Below are positions 20,435 through 30,525 of a stretch of DNA of 64,000 nt, piece by piece. Made by a program: the position numbers and the translations under genes. This DNA is from Gemmatales bacterium. Lineage in GTDB: Bacteria > Planctomycetota > Planctomycetia > Gemmatales > HRBIN36. The notes beneath the pieces were generated by a model. The model worked only from the letters and a program-made list of their open reading frames with translations, did no database searches and was not told where the DNA came from. Within the stretch, counting starts at the first letter, position 1; each line of letters starts with the position of its first letter. The DNA lies in assembly GCA_041640595.1 (NCBI GenBank), contig JBEPZY010000001.1:1120001-1184000 (forward strand), in the 5' to 3' direction.

Positions 20435-21622
20435 CTACGAGGCTAATTCCGCCAGCAAGAAGACTTGCCGTTGCGGTTCGCCGCCGGTTACGTGCACCTG
20501 CCCTTGCCAATCCACGAAGACATTGACTTCGCTGCGGATGCCGAATTCGTCCAGGTAAATGCCAGGCTCCACGGAAAAACAGGTGCCGGGAAGGATGCGC
20601 CGCTCGTCGTGAGTTTCGAGATTGTCGAGATTGGCTCCGTTGCCGTGAACCTCCCGGCCGATGCTGTGGCCGGTGCGATGGAGAAAATAGTGGCCAAAAC
20701 CGGCGTCGCTGATCACCTGGCGGGCTACATCGTCCAGTTGCCAGCCGCAAATCGCTTCCCCGCGAGCAAAAGCCTGGCGCACCCGCTCGATGACTGCATC
20801 GCGAGCCTGCGCGACGATGGCGAATATCTTTTCCACGTGCGGCGGCACAATCTCTCCGGTCCACGCGACACGAGTGAGATCGCTATAGACGGCGTCGGCA
20901 TGGTTGACTTTGGCCCATAAGTCAATCAGCACCAGTTGGCCGGTAACGATCACCGCGTCGGCCGCCGGTGTGATGGTGTAGTGCGGATCAGCGGAGTGGC
21001 GTCCCGCTGCTACAATCGGGGGGTGATCCGTGATCAGGTGGTTCTCGGCGAAATACCGCAGAATCTCCGCCTGCACTTCGCTTTCGCGGACAGGTTGACC
21101 GCGACGTAGCCGCTCCGCCAGAAAGCCGAAGGCAACACGAAAGGCCTGATCGGTATGCTGGGCTGCTTGCAAATGCAGTTGCCACTGTTGCGGTGACCAG
21201 ACCGCCTCGAATTGCTGGATCAGGTCGGCCGAGGAGACTGGCTCAGCTCCGAAACTTCGTACAAGTTCGATCGTGCCCGCATCGAGACGAGAAACGTAAG
21301 GAATCGCATTACGCGGTGAATATTCGAGGGCGATTCTTTTGTCGGCGACCAGTTCGCGCAAGGCTAACTCGAGTTCCTGCCAGCGGAGATAGACCCGTTT
21401 TTCGCCCGGCAGAGTGTCGAGCACTGCCGATTCGATGCGATGCACGACTTTGCTCGGCGAACCCTGGGCGGGAACAAAGTAGTACCATCGCCGGGTCGTC
21501 GTCAGTTGCGTGTCCAGGCCGAGGATGCGGCGAGCCAGAGGGTTATTGCCGCGAAAATCGCCCATCAGCCAGCCGTCCAGTCCCGCCTGCCGGAGCGCTT
21601 GCTGAATCGCCTGCAGGTTCAT
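20435..21622 (-). CDS. M24 family (Xaa-Pro) aminopeptidase
   Basis: IDLWAK, YSDLTR, HRTGHSIG, SVEPGIY and GIRSE motifs. Start placed at ATG 21622 to avoid overlap with the divergent gene. Confidence 0.9.
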   Translation of the reverse strand: MNLQAIQQALRQAGLDGWLMGDFRGNNPLARRILGLDTQLTTTRRWYYFVPAQGSPSKVVHRIESAVLDTLPGEKRVYLRWQELELALRELVADKRIALEYSPRNAIPYVSRLDAGTIELVRSFGAEPVSSADLIQQFEAVWSPQQWQLHLQAAQHTDQAFRVAFGFLAERLRRGQPVRESEVQAEILRYFAENHLITDHPPIVAAGRHSADPHYTITPAADAVIVTGQLVLIDLWAKVNHADAVYSDLTRVAWTGEIVPPHVEKIFAIVAQARDAVIERVRQAFARGEAICGWQLDDVARQVISDAGFGHYFLHRTGHSIGREVHGNGANLDNLETHDERRILPGTCFSVEPGIYLDEFGIRSEVNVFVDWQGQVHVTGGEPQRQVFLLAELAS

Positions 21623-21706
21623 ACGGTTTGTCCTCGCGTTGCTCCCGCTGGTGATACCAGTAGTGTATGTGTAGCATGGTTCATGGCAGCAAGGGAGGCG
21701 CAAGGC

Positions 21707-22102
21707 ATGTACCGCGAATTCGACCACATCGGTATCATTACCACCGAACCTCACGAAGGCGAAAGCTGGGTGCCGCAAACCCGTGTCTGGGTAACCAATC
21801 CGCGGTTGCATCCGCAGCGTATCGAATATATCCGGCCGCTGGAAATGCCGACAATCGATCCGCGGCAGGTCGGTCTGTGGAAATTGTGGCACCTGCCGCA
21901 CATCGCTTACCGTGTGGACAACCTGGAAGAAGCGCTACGCGGCGAAGAAGTAGTGCTGGGGCCGTTTGAACCGGCGGAGTTTGGCCGGGTCGCCTTCATT
22001 CACAAGGACGGGGCGATCATCGAATACATCGAATACACGACGCTGGAAACCTGGTTCGGCCAACCGACTCCGTGGCGCCCAGCAGGCCCACCTTCGTCCT
22101 GA
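21707..22102 (+). CDS. VOC/glyoxalase-like small protein
   Basis: GGGAGG RBS; FDHIGI, HIAYRVDNLEEAL and VAFI..DGAIIEYIE pattern. Confidence 0.7.
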   Translation: MYREFDHIGIITTEPHEGESWVPQTRVWVTNPRLHPQRIEYIRPLEMPTIDPRQVGLWKLWHLPHIAYRVDNLEEALRGEEVVLGPFEPAEFGRVAFIHKDGAIIEYIEYTTLETWFGQPTPWRPAGPPSS

Positions 22103-22134
22103 TAAGAAAACAGCTACTACCATCAACGCGAACA

Positions 22135-25095
22135 ATGACGCAGGACTGGTTCGAAGAAAAACGGCGTGCGCTGGAAAAGCCGTTACGGCGGCATCTGCAA
22201 GGCGAAGTGCGCTTCGACATCGCCAGCCGCAAAATCTACAGCACCGATGCCAGCATTTATCAAATTGAACCGCTCGGCGTGGTGATCCCCAGAAATCTGC
22301 GGGATGTGCACACGGCATTAGCGATCGCGGCGGAACACCGCGTTCCTATCGTGCCGCGTGGTGGTGGCACAAGTTTATCCGGTCAAAGTATCGGGCCCGG
22401 TCTGGTGCTGGATTGCAGCAAGTATCTTCATCACGTCCTCGATATCAATCTGCAGAGCGAGACTGTGCGATTGCAGCCTGGAGTGGTGCTGGACCAGCTG
22501 AACCGACAGCTGGCCCAGTACGGCTACCAATTTGGTCCAGAAGTGGCGACTTACTCCCGTGCCACTCTTGGAGGCATGATCGGTAACAATTCAGCCGGGG
22601 CTCGCTCCATTGTTTATGGCAAGACCATTGACCATGTGGTGAGGCTGCAACTGGCCCTGGCTGATGGCACGCCCCTGGTCTGCGAGCCGGTTTCTTTACA
22701 GGAATGGCGACGCCGCTGCCAGTTCTCGACGCGGGAAGGGCTGATTTATCGCACTGTTGACGAGCTGGTTTGCCTACATGCTGCTGAGATTCACCGCCGT
22801 TTTCCGCGTATCCAGCGGCGTGTGAGCGGGTACAATCTGGACGTGTTTGCCGACCGACTGGCACCGATTCAGGGAGCGCCACCGGACGATTGTGTCAACC
22901 TGGCCTGGCTGATCGTAGGCAGCGAAGGAACACTGGCCTTCGTAACCGAAGCGGAATTACGTATCGTCAAGCGGCCGCGCTACCGCATGCTGGCGGTGCC
23001 CCACTTCGTTTCGCTGGCAGCCGCACTCGATGCTCTGGCGACCTGTTTGGAGTTTTCTCCCTCGGCTGTGGAATTGCTGGATCAACTGCTGCTTGAGCTG
23101 GCCCAGCAAAATCTGGCACTCCGGCGTGAAAAACGGCTTATCGTGGGGTGCCCGGCTGCCCTATTGCTCGTCGAATTGCAGGGCGATGACCGGCGCGAGG
23201 TCGAAGACCGTTTGCAGCGGCTGGTTAACCGTCTCCACCAGTTACCCGGCGTGCAGGCCGTTGTCGAAGCCAAAGAAGCCCACGAGCGTGAGCCATTGTG
23301 GAATTTACGTACCGCCGGCCTGCCCGTGTTCCTCAGCATGCCTGGCGATCGCAAACCGACCACCTTTGTGGAAGATGCTGCGGTCAGTCCGCAACGCCTG
23401 CCCGAATTCGCGCAGCGCTTCCGAGAAATCCTGTGGCGGCACGGCACCGACGGGGCATTTTACGGGCACGCCAGTGTTGGCTGCTTACACATTCGCCCCA
23501 TCCTGAACCTCAAACAGGCTGCCGATGTGGAGCGAATGCGAAAAATTACCGCCGAGGTGGTTGATCTGGTACTGGAATTCAACGGGGCGCTGAGCGGCGA
23601 ACATGGCGATGGATTAGCACGCAGCGAATGGAACCGCAAAATCTTCGGCGAGGAAGTGTACGGGGTCTTCCGCGAGATCAAACGGCTTTTCGATCCCGCA
23701 GGGCAAATGAATCCGGGCAAGATTGTGGACGCCCCGGCGATGACCGAGCATCTCCGCTATGGGCCGAACTACCATCCGTACACTCCCGATCACGTTTTCG
23801 ATTACCGCCGCCAGGGAGGTTTTCTGGGTGCCATCGAAATGTGCAACGGTTCCGCCGTGTGTCGCAAGCTGCAAGGGGGAGTCATGTGTCCCTCTTATCG
23901 AGCTACCCGAGACGAAAAAGACAGCACACGAGCACGAGCGAATGCCTTACGGCTGGCACTGGCTGGTTCGCAGCCGTTGCGAGATTTTACTTCCGATTGG
24001 GTTTACGAGGTCCTCGAACTGTGTTTGATGTGCAAGGCGTGCAAAGCGGAGTGCCCCAGCAATGTGGATTTGGCCAAACTCAAGGCCGAGTTCCTCCGCC
24101 ATTATTACCGCGTGCATCGGCGACCATGGGGAGATTATGCAGTCGCGTGGTGGCGTCAGCTCATACCATGGGCAGCGCGATGGGCACCGCTATTACGATG
24201 GATGTCCGGCCGGGCCTGGGTACGCTGGTTGTTGCACAAGGCTTTTCGCCTCGATCGCCGCCGCAGTCTGCCACGACTGGTTCGCCAGGATTTGCTGCGC
24301 TGGTTCCGCCAGCATAGCGTTCCACCTTCCGCCGGGCAGCGCGGGAAGATTCTCTTCCTGGCCGATTGTTTCACCACCTGGAGCGAGCCGGAGATTGGCC
24401 AATCGGCTATCAGGCTGCTCGAGCAGCTTGGCTATGCAGTGGAAATCGAACCGGAACTATGTTGCGGGCGAACCCTCATCAGCAAAGGTTTCCTCGACGA
24501 AGCGCAGCAACTCGTCCGGCGACAAACACGGTGGCTGGCACCGCGAGTCCGAGAATATCACGCTCTCGTGGGCATAGAACCCAGTTGCTTGCTCACGCTC
24601 ACCGACGAATGGCCGGACCTGGTGCCCGGCCCGGCTACCGAGACGGTGGCCAACCACGCTCAGCTCGTCGAAACCTGGCTCGTGCAACAGCAAGCCCTTG
24701 TCGATCGGCAATTGGCGCCGCTCTCCCAGCCTGTGGCCTTGCACACCCATTGTCACCAAAAGGCGTTGTTGGGTAGTTCACCGACGCTACAATTGCTGCG
24801 GCTGATACCGGAAGCGCGGGTGGAATTGCTTGATACCACTTGCTGCGGTATGGCTGGCTCTTTTGGCTATGAACATTACGAGGTGAGCGTGGCTATTGCC
24901 CAACTCAGCTTGTTACCGGAATTGCAAAAACGCTCCGACACGCTCATCGTGGCGAACGGCACTTCCTGCCGTCAGCAAATCTTTGACCTGACCGGACGGT
25001 CCGCCTGGCATCCGATCCAGGTAGTGGCAAGGCAATATTTTCTGGCACGTCCTGAGGTATCCGGAGACGTGCAGTTCACCAGGACAACGTCATGA
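22135..25095 (+). CDS. FAD-linked oxidase with 4Fe-4S and CCG domains (GlcD/GlcF-fusion, YdiJ-like)
   Basis: RGGGTSLSGQ, GSEGTL, SGEHGDG, CLMCKACKAECP, CCGR and CCGMAGSFG motifs. Confidence 0.92.
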   Translation: MTQDWFEEKRRALEKPLRRHLQGEVRFDIASRKIYSTDASIYQIEPLGVVIPRNLRDVHTALAIAAEHRVPIVPRGGGTSLSGQSIGPGLVLDCSKYLHHVLDINLQSETVRLQPGVVLDQLNRQLAQYGYQFGPEVATYSRATLGGMIGNNSAGARSIVYGKTIDHVVRLQLALADGTPLVCEPVSLQEWRRRCQFSTREGLIYRTVDELVCLHAAEIHRRFPRIQRRVSGYNLDVFADRLAPIQGAPPDDCVNLAWLIVGSEGTLAFVTEAELRIVKRPRYRMLAVPHFVSLAAALDALATCLEFSPSAVELLDQLLLELAQQNLALRREKRLIVGCPAALLLVELQGDDRREVEDRLQRLVNRLHQLPGVQAVVEAKEAHEREPLWNLRTAGLPVFLSMPGDRKPTTFVEDAAVSPQRLPEFAQRFREILWRHGTDGAFYGHASVGCLHIRPILNLKQAADVERMRKITAEVVDLVLEFNGALSGEHGDGLARSEWNRKIFGEEVYGVFREIKRLFDPAGQMNPGKIVDAPAMTEHLRYGPNYHPYTPDHVFDYRRQGGFLGAIEMCNGSAVCRKLQGGVMCPSYRATRDEKDSTRARANALRLALAGSQPLRDFTSDWVYEVLELCLMCKACKAECPSNVDLAKLKAEFLRHYYRVHRRPWGDYAVAWWRQLIPWAARWAPLLRWMSGRAWVRWLLHKAFRLDRRRSLPRLVRQDLLRWFRQHSVPPSAGQRGKILFLADCFTTWSEPEIGQSAIRLLEQLGYAVEIEPELCCGRTLISKGFLDEAQQLVRRQTRWLAPRVREYHALVGIEPSCLLTLTDEWPDLVPGPATETVANHAQLVETWLVQQQALVDRQLAPLSQPVALHTHCHQKALLGSSPTLQLLRLIPEARVELLDTTCCGMAGSFGYEHYEVSVAIAQLSLLPELQKRSDTLIVANGTSCRQQIFDLTGRSAWHPIQVVARQYFLARPEVSGDVQFTRTTS

Positions 25096-26174
25096 CTCCA
25101 TCGCCCTCAACCATACGACGAAGGTTGCTATTATTGGCAACGGGATTGTTGGCGGTTCTGGGGCTGGGTGTGTGGTTGGGTTCGGGCAAACCGCCGCCTG
25201 CGACGGAAATGACTCGCCCTGATCCGGTTCCCACTGAGGAGGCGGACAACATGACTCATCCGGTAGCCCGCCGAATTTTGGAAACCACTGTTACTATGCC
25301 GGGCCGATACTTTCGCGGCGAGCGAGCTATGGAATATCTGCGAGCGATTTGCGCTTTGGGGCCTCGCGTCAGCGGCTCCGCTGGTATGCACAAGCAACGG
25401 GAAATGTTACGCCGGCACTTTGAACGATGCGGAGCACGTGTGGAAATGCAGGCGTTTACCGCACAGCAACGCAGTCGTCGCCAGCCCGTGGAAATGGTCA
25501 ACCTGATTGCCCGCTGGTATCCGGAACGCACCCGCCGACTGCTGCTGTGCACCCATTATGACACCCGACCCATAGCCGATCAGGAACCCGACGAACGCCT
25601 CTGGCACAAACCGTTTCTGGGGGCGAACGACGGCGCTTCCGGTGTGGCATTCATGATGGAACTGGCGCACATGGTGCCGCATCTGCCTGTGCACGTCGGC
25701 GTGGATTTCGTCTGCTTCGATGGCGAAGAATACATCTTCGATCCCCGGCCGAGTGAATGGGGCGGCGACCGATACTTTTTCGGTTCGGAATTTTTTGCCC
25801 AGAATTACTTGCGTTTGCGTCGCGATTCGCCTGGTAGCCCGGTGTATGTCGAGGCAGTGCTGGTGGACATGATCGCCGGTAAAAACGCACGCTTCTACAT
25901 CGAACAACACTCCCTGTTGCAGGCCGGGCCTCTGGTCGAAAAAGTGTGGGGCTACGCGAAGGAATCTGGCTGCCGGGCCTTTATCCCTGAAGCTAAACAT
26001 GCTGTCCTGGATGACCACCTCCAGCTGTTGCGAGCAGGCATTCCCGCGATAAACATCATTGATTTCGACTATCCGCACTGGCACCGTCTCAGCGATACGC
26101 CGGAAAACTGTGCCCCAGAGGGTATGGAACAGGTGGGTCGGGTCGTGTTACTCTGGTTGCTTCGGGCCCGCTGA
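25092..26174 (+). CDS. M28 family zinc peptidase / glutaminyl cyclase-like protein, N-terminally anchored
   Basis: HYDTRP.AD, GANDGASG, FDGEE, DMI, DDH, GIPAINIID and WH...DT motifs. Confidence 0.85.
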   Translation: MTPSPSTIRRRLLLLATGLLAVLGLGVWLGSGKPPPATEMTRPDPVPTEEADNMTHPVARRILETTVTMPGRYFRGERAMEYLRAICALGPRVSGSAGMHKQREMLRRHFERCGARVEMQAFTAQQRSRRQPVEMVNLIARWYPERTRRLLLCTHYDTRPIADQEPDERLWHKPFLGANDGASGVAFMMELAHMVPHLPVHVGVDFVCFDGEEYIFDPRPSEWGGDRYFFGSEFFAQNYLRLRRDSPGSPVYVEAVLVDMIAGKNARFYIEQHSLLQAGPLVEKVWGYAKESGCRAFIPEAKHAVLDDHLQLLRAGIPAINIIDFDYPHWHRLSDTPENCAPEGMEQVGRVVLLWLLRAR

Positions 26175-26239
26175 ATGGTAGGTCAGCCCCGAGCAATCGC
26201 TCGATACTCTCGCCAACCGAATCGCACTCAGCGACCATG

Positions 26240-26473
26240 CTATTCCCGCGGCAGGTCCTTTGAGCCGATGACGGTGATGGTTACACTGACCTGCACGTTA
26301 ACGGGTCGTTCACCCACGCGAACCGCCATCTTGCCACTGTAATACCAGCCTACCGAGCCGGTCGAGAATTCCTTCACATCGGCGGAAACTGGCATCCCGG
26401 CTATGGTCACCTCGATCGGTTGGGCCTTTTCTAAAAACTCTTTGCGAGTGAATGGCACATTGCCCTTGGCCAC
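26240..26473 (-). CDS. Small conserved-looking beta-rich hypothetical protein
   Basis: GGAGG RBS before GTG; 77-aa ORF containing KEFSTGSVGWYYSGK and TVIGSK. Confidence 0.7.
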   Translation of the reverse strand: MAKGNVPFTRKEFLEKAQPIEVTIAGMPVSADVKEFSTGSVGWYYSGKMAVRVGERPVNVQVSVTITVIGSKDLPRE

Positions 26474-26725
26474 GGCTCGACCCTCCTGCACCCTGGTTCC
26501 ACCGGCTCAAAGTATTGGATTACGGAGAAAAGAGCAACTGTGCACGACGAAAAGCCACGCCAAAAACAACTCCGCATGGCACCGATTTTGTGCCCTGCTT
26601 GCCCCTGAATGAAGAAATCGCAAAATGTCGTCAATGCGCTTGTACGTCTCGGGGCTGAGGCCAGCACTCCCAGGACGAACTGGCCACGAGCTTGTCCTCG
26701 CCGCTGCGAATCCATCAGTTGGGCT

Positions 26726-27370
26726 ATGCTGACGCTGACGTTCCGTGCTTTGCGAAGCGATGACCGCGACCTCGCCATAAAATTGGCGAGTGAGACGGAG
26801 GTTTTCCGTCCTGCCGAACTGGTCGTACTTGCGGAAGTGCTCGACGATTACCTGCGTTCACCGGGCGGCGAAGGATACCATACTCTTGTGGCCGAACTGG
26901 CTGATTTTCGCCTCGCCGCAGGCAGCGACGTTTCTGAAGATCCGCTGGCAGAATCCACGCCGCTACCCGGGCCCGAATATCCGCTGCCTTTCGCTTCGGT
27001 AATCCCGATGCCACCACCGACGACTGCCCTGATCGGTTTTATTATTTACGGCCCGACACCGCTTACTCTGCACACCTGGGACGTTTACTGGATCGTGGTG
27101 GGCAAACCATACCAGCGGCACGGTATCGGTAAGCGATTGCTCGAAGCTGCCGAGGCACGGATTCGTGCGCAGCGCGGCGAGGTGATTCGGGTCGAAACGA
27201 GTTCCCTGCCCAGTTATGAGGCAACGCGACGATTTTACGAAAAGCACGGTTACCGTTTAGCTGGCACCATCCCGGATTTTTACGCTCCTGGCGACAGTTT
27301 GTGCATTTACTATAAGCGCCTGGCTAGCTCGGCGGCTGAAGCGGCCGCAGACGAACCAGTCCGCGGTTGA
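26726..27370 (+). CDS. GNAT family N-acetyltransferase
   Basis: YWIVV...YQRHGIG, VETSS and RRFYEKHGY motifs; Pro-rich insertion in the middle. Confidence 0.85.
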   Translation: MLTLTFRALRSDDRDLAIKLASETEVFRPAELVVLAEVLDDYLRSPGGEGYHTLVAELADFRLAAGSDVSEDPLAESTPLPGPEYPLPFASVIPMPPPTTALIGFIIYGPTPLTLHTWDVYWIVVGKPYQRHGIGKRLLEAAEARIRAQRGEVIRVETSSLPSYEATRRFYEKHGYRLAGTIPDFYAPGDSLCIYYKRLASSAAEAAADEPVRG

Positions 27371-27409
27371 CTCCCGGGGTTGACGCAGCGTTTCCGGCGA
27401 TGCCTCCAT

Positions 27410-28747
27410 TCAGGTTTCGGCTTGCAGGAGACCGGTTCGGATAGCCGGAATGGCACGCCCGATAGCGTAATAATGAAAGCCGTGTTCCAGGACAACTTTC
27501 GGCTCATACAGATTGCGGCCGTCAAAAATTACTTTTTGCCGCATCAATCGTCCCATCAGGGAGAAATCAGGATTGCGGAATTCCGGCCACTCGGTCACAA
27601 TGACCAGGCCATCCGCGCCTTCCAGAGCCGTGTAAGGTTTGTCGCAATAGGTCAAGCGGTTGCCGTAAACACGGCGCACTGCTTCCATCGCGGCCGGGTC
27701 GTGCACGCGGCAGGTTGCCCCTTCCGCCAGCAATTCGTCGAGCAACACCAGTGCCGGCGCTTCACGAATGTCATCGGTACGAGGTTTGAAGGACAATCCC
27801 CACACGGCGAAGACTTTGCCCGTCAGTGTACCGTAGTGGCTGCGCATCTTGTGCAACAACACGCGTTTTTGCCGATCGTTGACCTCCAGCACCGCCTCGA
27901 TGATGCGCAAGGGTAATCCCTGTTGCCTGCCCAGAGCCGCCAGGGCCTGCAAATCTTTTGGAAAACAACTGCCGCCAAAACCCACTCCGGGATGCAAAAA
28001 CTGAAAGCCAATCCGCTTGTCGTAGCCGATTCCCCGACGAACGTCGTTGATATCGGCACCCAGCCGTTCGCACAGGTTGGCCATCTCGTTGATGAAACTG
28101 ATTTTCGTGGCCAGGAAAGCGTTGGCAACATATTTGGTAGCCTCGGCGCTTTCTGGCGACATTACGAGAAAAGGCTGACCGGCACGCAAAAAGGGAGCGT
28201 AGAGCTGCTGCAACAATTCCTCGGCTCGTTTGGTCCGCACGCCGACCACCACACGGTCGGGCTTCATAAAATCCTCAACAGCCGCACCTTCTTTGAGAAA
28301 TTCCGGATTGGTGGCCACGTCGAAAGTGTATCCGGCCCGTCGCCGCATTCGCTCCCAAAGTTGCCGATTCGTTCCCACCGGTGCGGTGCTCTTGATGACG
28401 ATCAGCTGTTCCGGTCGGCACAGCTCGGCGAGTGCCTCGCCAACCGCCCAGAGACTGGACAAATCGGCCTGGCCGTCGGCCAGTGGTGGCGTGCCAACAC
28501 AGATGAAAATCACCTCGGCTTGCGCTACCGCCTCCTGCAGGCTCGTTGTGAATGCGAGCCGCTGGTCGCGGAGGTTGTGCTTCACCAGCTCTTCCAGCCC
28601 TGGCTCGTAAATGGGAACTTCGCCTTGCCGAAGCCGGGCGATTTTGCGTTCGTCCACGTCCATGCCGGCTACTTCGTTACCGCTTTCGGCCAGGCAGCTG
28701 GCTGTGACCAGACCGACATAACCCATACCGACCACCGCTACCCGCAT
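27410..28747 (-). CDS. ugd: UDP-glucose/GDP-mannose dehydrogenase family protein
   Basis: GMGYVG, PIYEPGL, NPEFLKEG, GFGGSCFPKD, FKPRTDDIRE and DGRN motifs. Confidence 0.95.
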   Translation of the reverse strand: MRVAVVGMGYVGLVTASCLAESGNEVAGMDVDERKIARLRQGEVPIYEPGLEELVKHNLRDQRLAFTTSLQEAVAQAEVIFICVGTPPLADGQADLSSLWAVGEALAELCRPEQLIVIKSTAPVGTNRQLWERMRRRAGYTFDVATNPEFLKEGAAVEDFMKPDRVVVGVRTKRAEELLQQLYAPFLRAGQPFLVMSPESAEATKYVANAFLATKISFINEMANLCERLGADINDVRRGIGYDKRIGFQFLHPGVGFGGSCFPKDLQALAALGRQQGLPLRIIEAVLEVNDRQKRVLLHKMRSHYGTLTGKVFAVWGLSFKPRTDDIREAPALVLLDELLAEGATCRVHDPAAMEAVRRVYGNRLTYCDKPYTALEGADGLVIVTEWPEFRNPDFSLMGRLMRQKVIFDGRNLYEPKVVLEHGFHYYAIGRAIPAIRTGLLQAET

Positions 28748-28983
28748 GTTCCATCTCCCATTAGCCTGAACAACTCAATGCCACAGTTCATCAAAGCGGT
28801 GCGATACTTCCAAGCTGAATCCTTAGCGGCCACGTGTTTCGTTTCGATATCCGCTTGCCCATAGTTTAGCTCACGGTTTTACGGCTGGGCCAAGGGCGGA
28901 CAGTCAAGCGGTGTCATCTCACTCGTGGCTGGGAAATTGATTTAGCAGTGCCCGCAGCCGATGGGGTGGGTTTGGTGAAAAGC

Positions 28984-30151
28984 TCAGGCGGGTTGTTCTA
29001 CCCTGTTGGCACTCGAAACACTAACCGCAGTTCCAGCAGCAGGTTTGCGATGCTCCTGCTCGATTTTCTGGCGGAGATAGGCTTCCAGAAACTCGTCGAG
29101 CTCACCGTCCAGCACACGCTGCACCTGGGAAGTTTCCACACCGGTGCGGTTATCCTTGACCAGCGTGTACGGGTGCAGCACGTAATTGCGAATCTGATAA
29201 CCCCAGGCGACTTCGCCTTTTTCGTCGTACTTTTTCTCGATCTCCGCCCGGCGTTTCTGTTCTTCCAGGCGGAGCAGTTTGGCCCGCAGCAGGTTCCAGG
29301 CCATCTCCTCATTGCGGCGCTGGCTGCGTTCCGACCGGCACTCGGCAACAATGCCGGTCGGCTTGTGGATGAGCCTTACGCCGCTCTGCGTTTTGTTTTG
29401 ATGCTGCCCACCGGGCCCACCGCTGCAAAACGTCTGCCGTTCCACTTCGTCGCGGCGAATTTCGATTTCCGGAGTCTCTTCGATTTCCGGCATCACATCC
29501 ACGGCGGCGAAAGACGTGTGCCGTTTTGCTTCTGCATCAAACGGGCTGATGCGGACCAGTCGGTGCACGCCCGTTTCTCCCTGCAATCGGCCATAGGCAT
29601 AGTCGCCGTGAATCAGCAGCGTAGCGTTGCGTATTCCGCCCTCTTCATTGGGCACCAGGTCCACTAGCTCCGCCTGGTAGCCGTGCTGCTCGGCCCAGCG
29701 GGAATACATGCGCAGAAGCATCTCGGCCCAGTCGCAGGCATCGGTACCGCCAGCACCGGCCTGGACACGCAGGTAGGCGCTGCAAGCGTCATATTTCCCG
29801 CTGAGCATCGCCTGCAACTGAAAATCGCGGAGCTGGCGTTCCACCCGGTGCAATTCCCGCTGCAATTCCGGTTCCAGAGAAGCGTCTTCCTGGGCCAGTT
29901 CGGCCAGGGCTTGCAAATCGGCCAGGCTGCGTTCCAGTTCCTCATACGGTTTGAGCAGAGCGGCCAACGGCTTGAGTGCGGCAATCGTCTGCTGAGCCTG
30001 TTCCGGATTATCCCAAAACCCTGGCGCGGCCATCTGGGTTTCCAGGCGTGCGCGCTCCGCTTGCTTGCTCGGGATGTCAAAGACTATCCCGTAGCTTGGT
30101 TAGCTCCGCAGCCAGTTCCTCAACCCGACGCTGCAATTCCAGATTCAACAC
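28984..30151 (-). CDS. prfB: Peptide chain release factor 2 with programmed +1 frameshift
   Basis: AAGGAGG RBS; GTG start at 30151; 24 codons to CTT TGA C (30082-30076); the +1 frame continues with SPF (ISPFD) and GGQ motifs. Confidence 0.96.
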
Positions 30152-30525
30152 GTGTACCTTCCTCCTTTCGGGAAATGGCAGGCCAGGAAATTATACTCGC
30201 CCCTGTGCCATTTGCGAGCCGTTGTCCCGATTATCTAACGCATGCCTGGCCGGTTCCGCAAGCCGAGTTGCTGGATCAACGGTTGCCTGCGCTGCAATCG
30301 AGGATCAGCAATCCGGGCAAGTTGGCTCGACCGGTCTCTTGGTCACAGGGACGCGATCCCCGCTACCAGCAATTCCTGCCGGGGAAGTCGACTCGAGCGG
30401 TCACCTGGTGGTGCCAGCGGTCGCCCCTTGACAATGTTTGCTGCTCTCGTAAAGTCTCCGCAGGGGTCTGTGCACAGAGTTAGGGAATCGGGCCAATTCA
30501 CCTATGGCACACAGGAGGGCAAATC

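Noticed and set aside
21440..21901. Apparent long head-to-head overlap of the M24 peptidase and VOC genes
   Set aside because: Artefact of longest-ORF starts. Starts at 21622 (minus) and 21707 (plus, with RBS) do not overlap.
27923..28864. 313-aa plus-strand ORF (and similar ones such as 3244..4140 and 28948..29667)
   Set aside because: Antisense shadows of ugd, DUF1559 and prfB, as expected in high-GC DNA.
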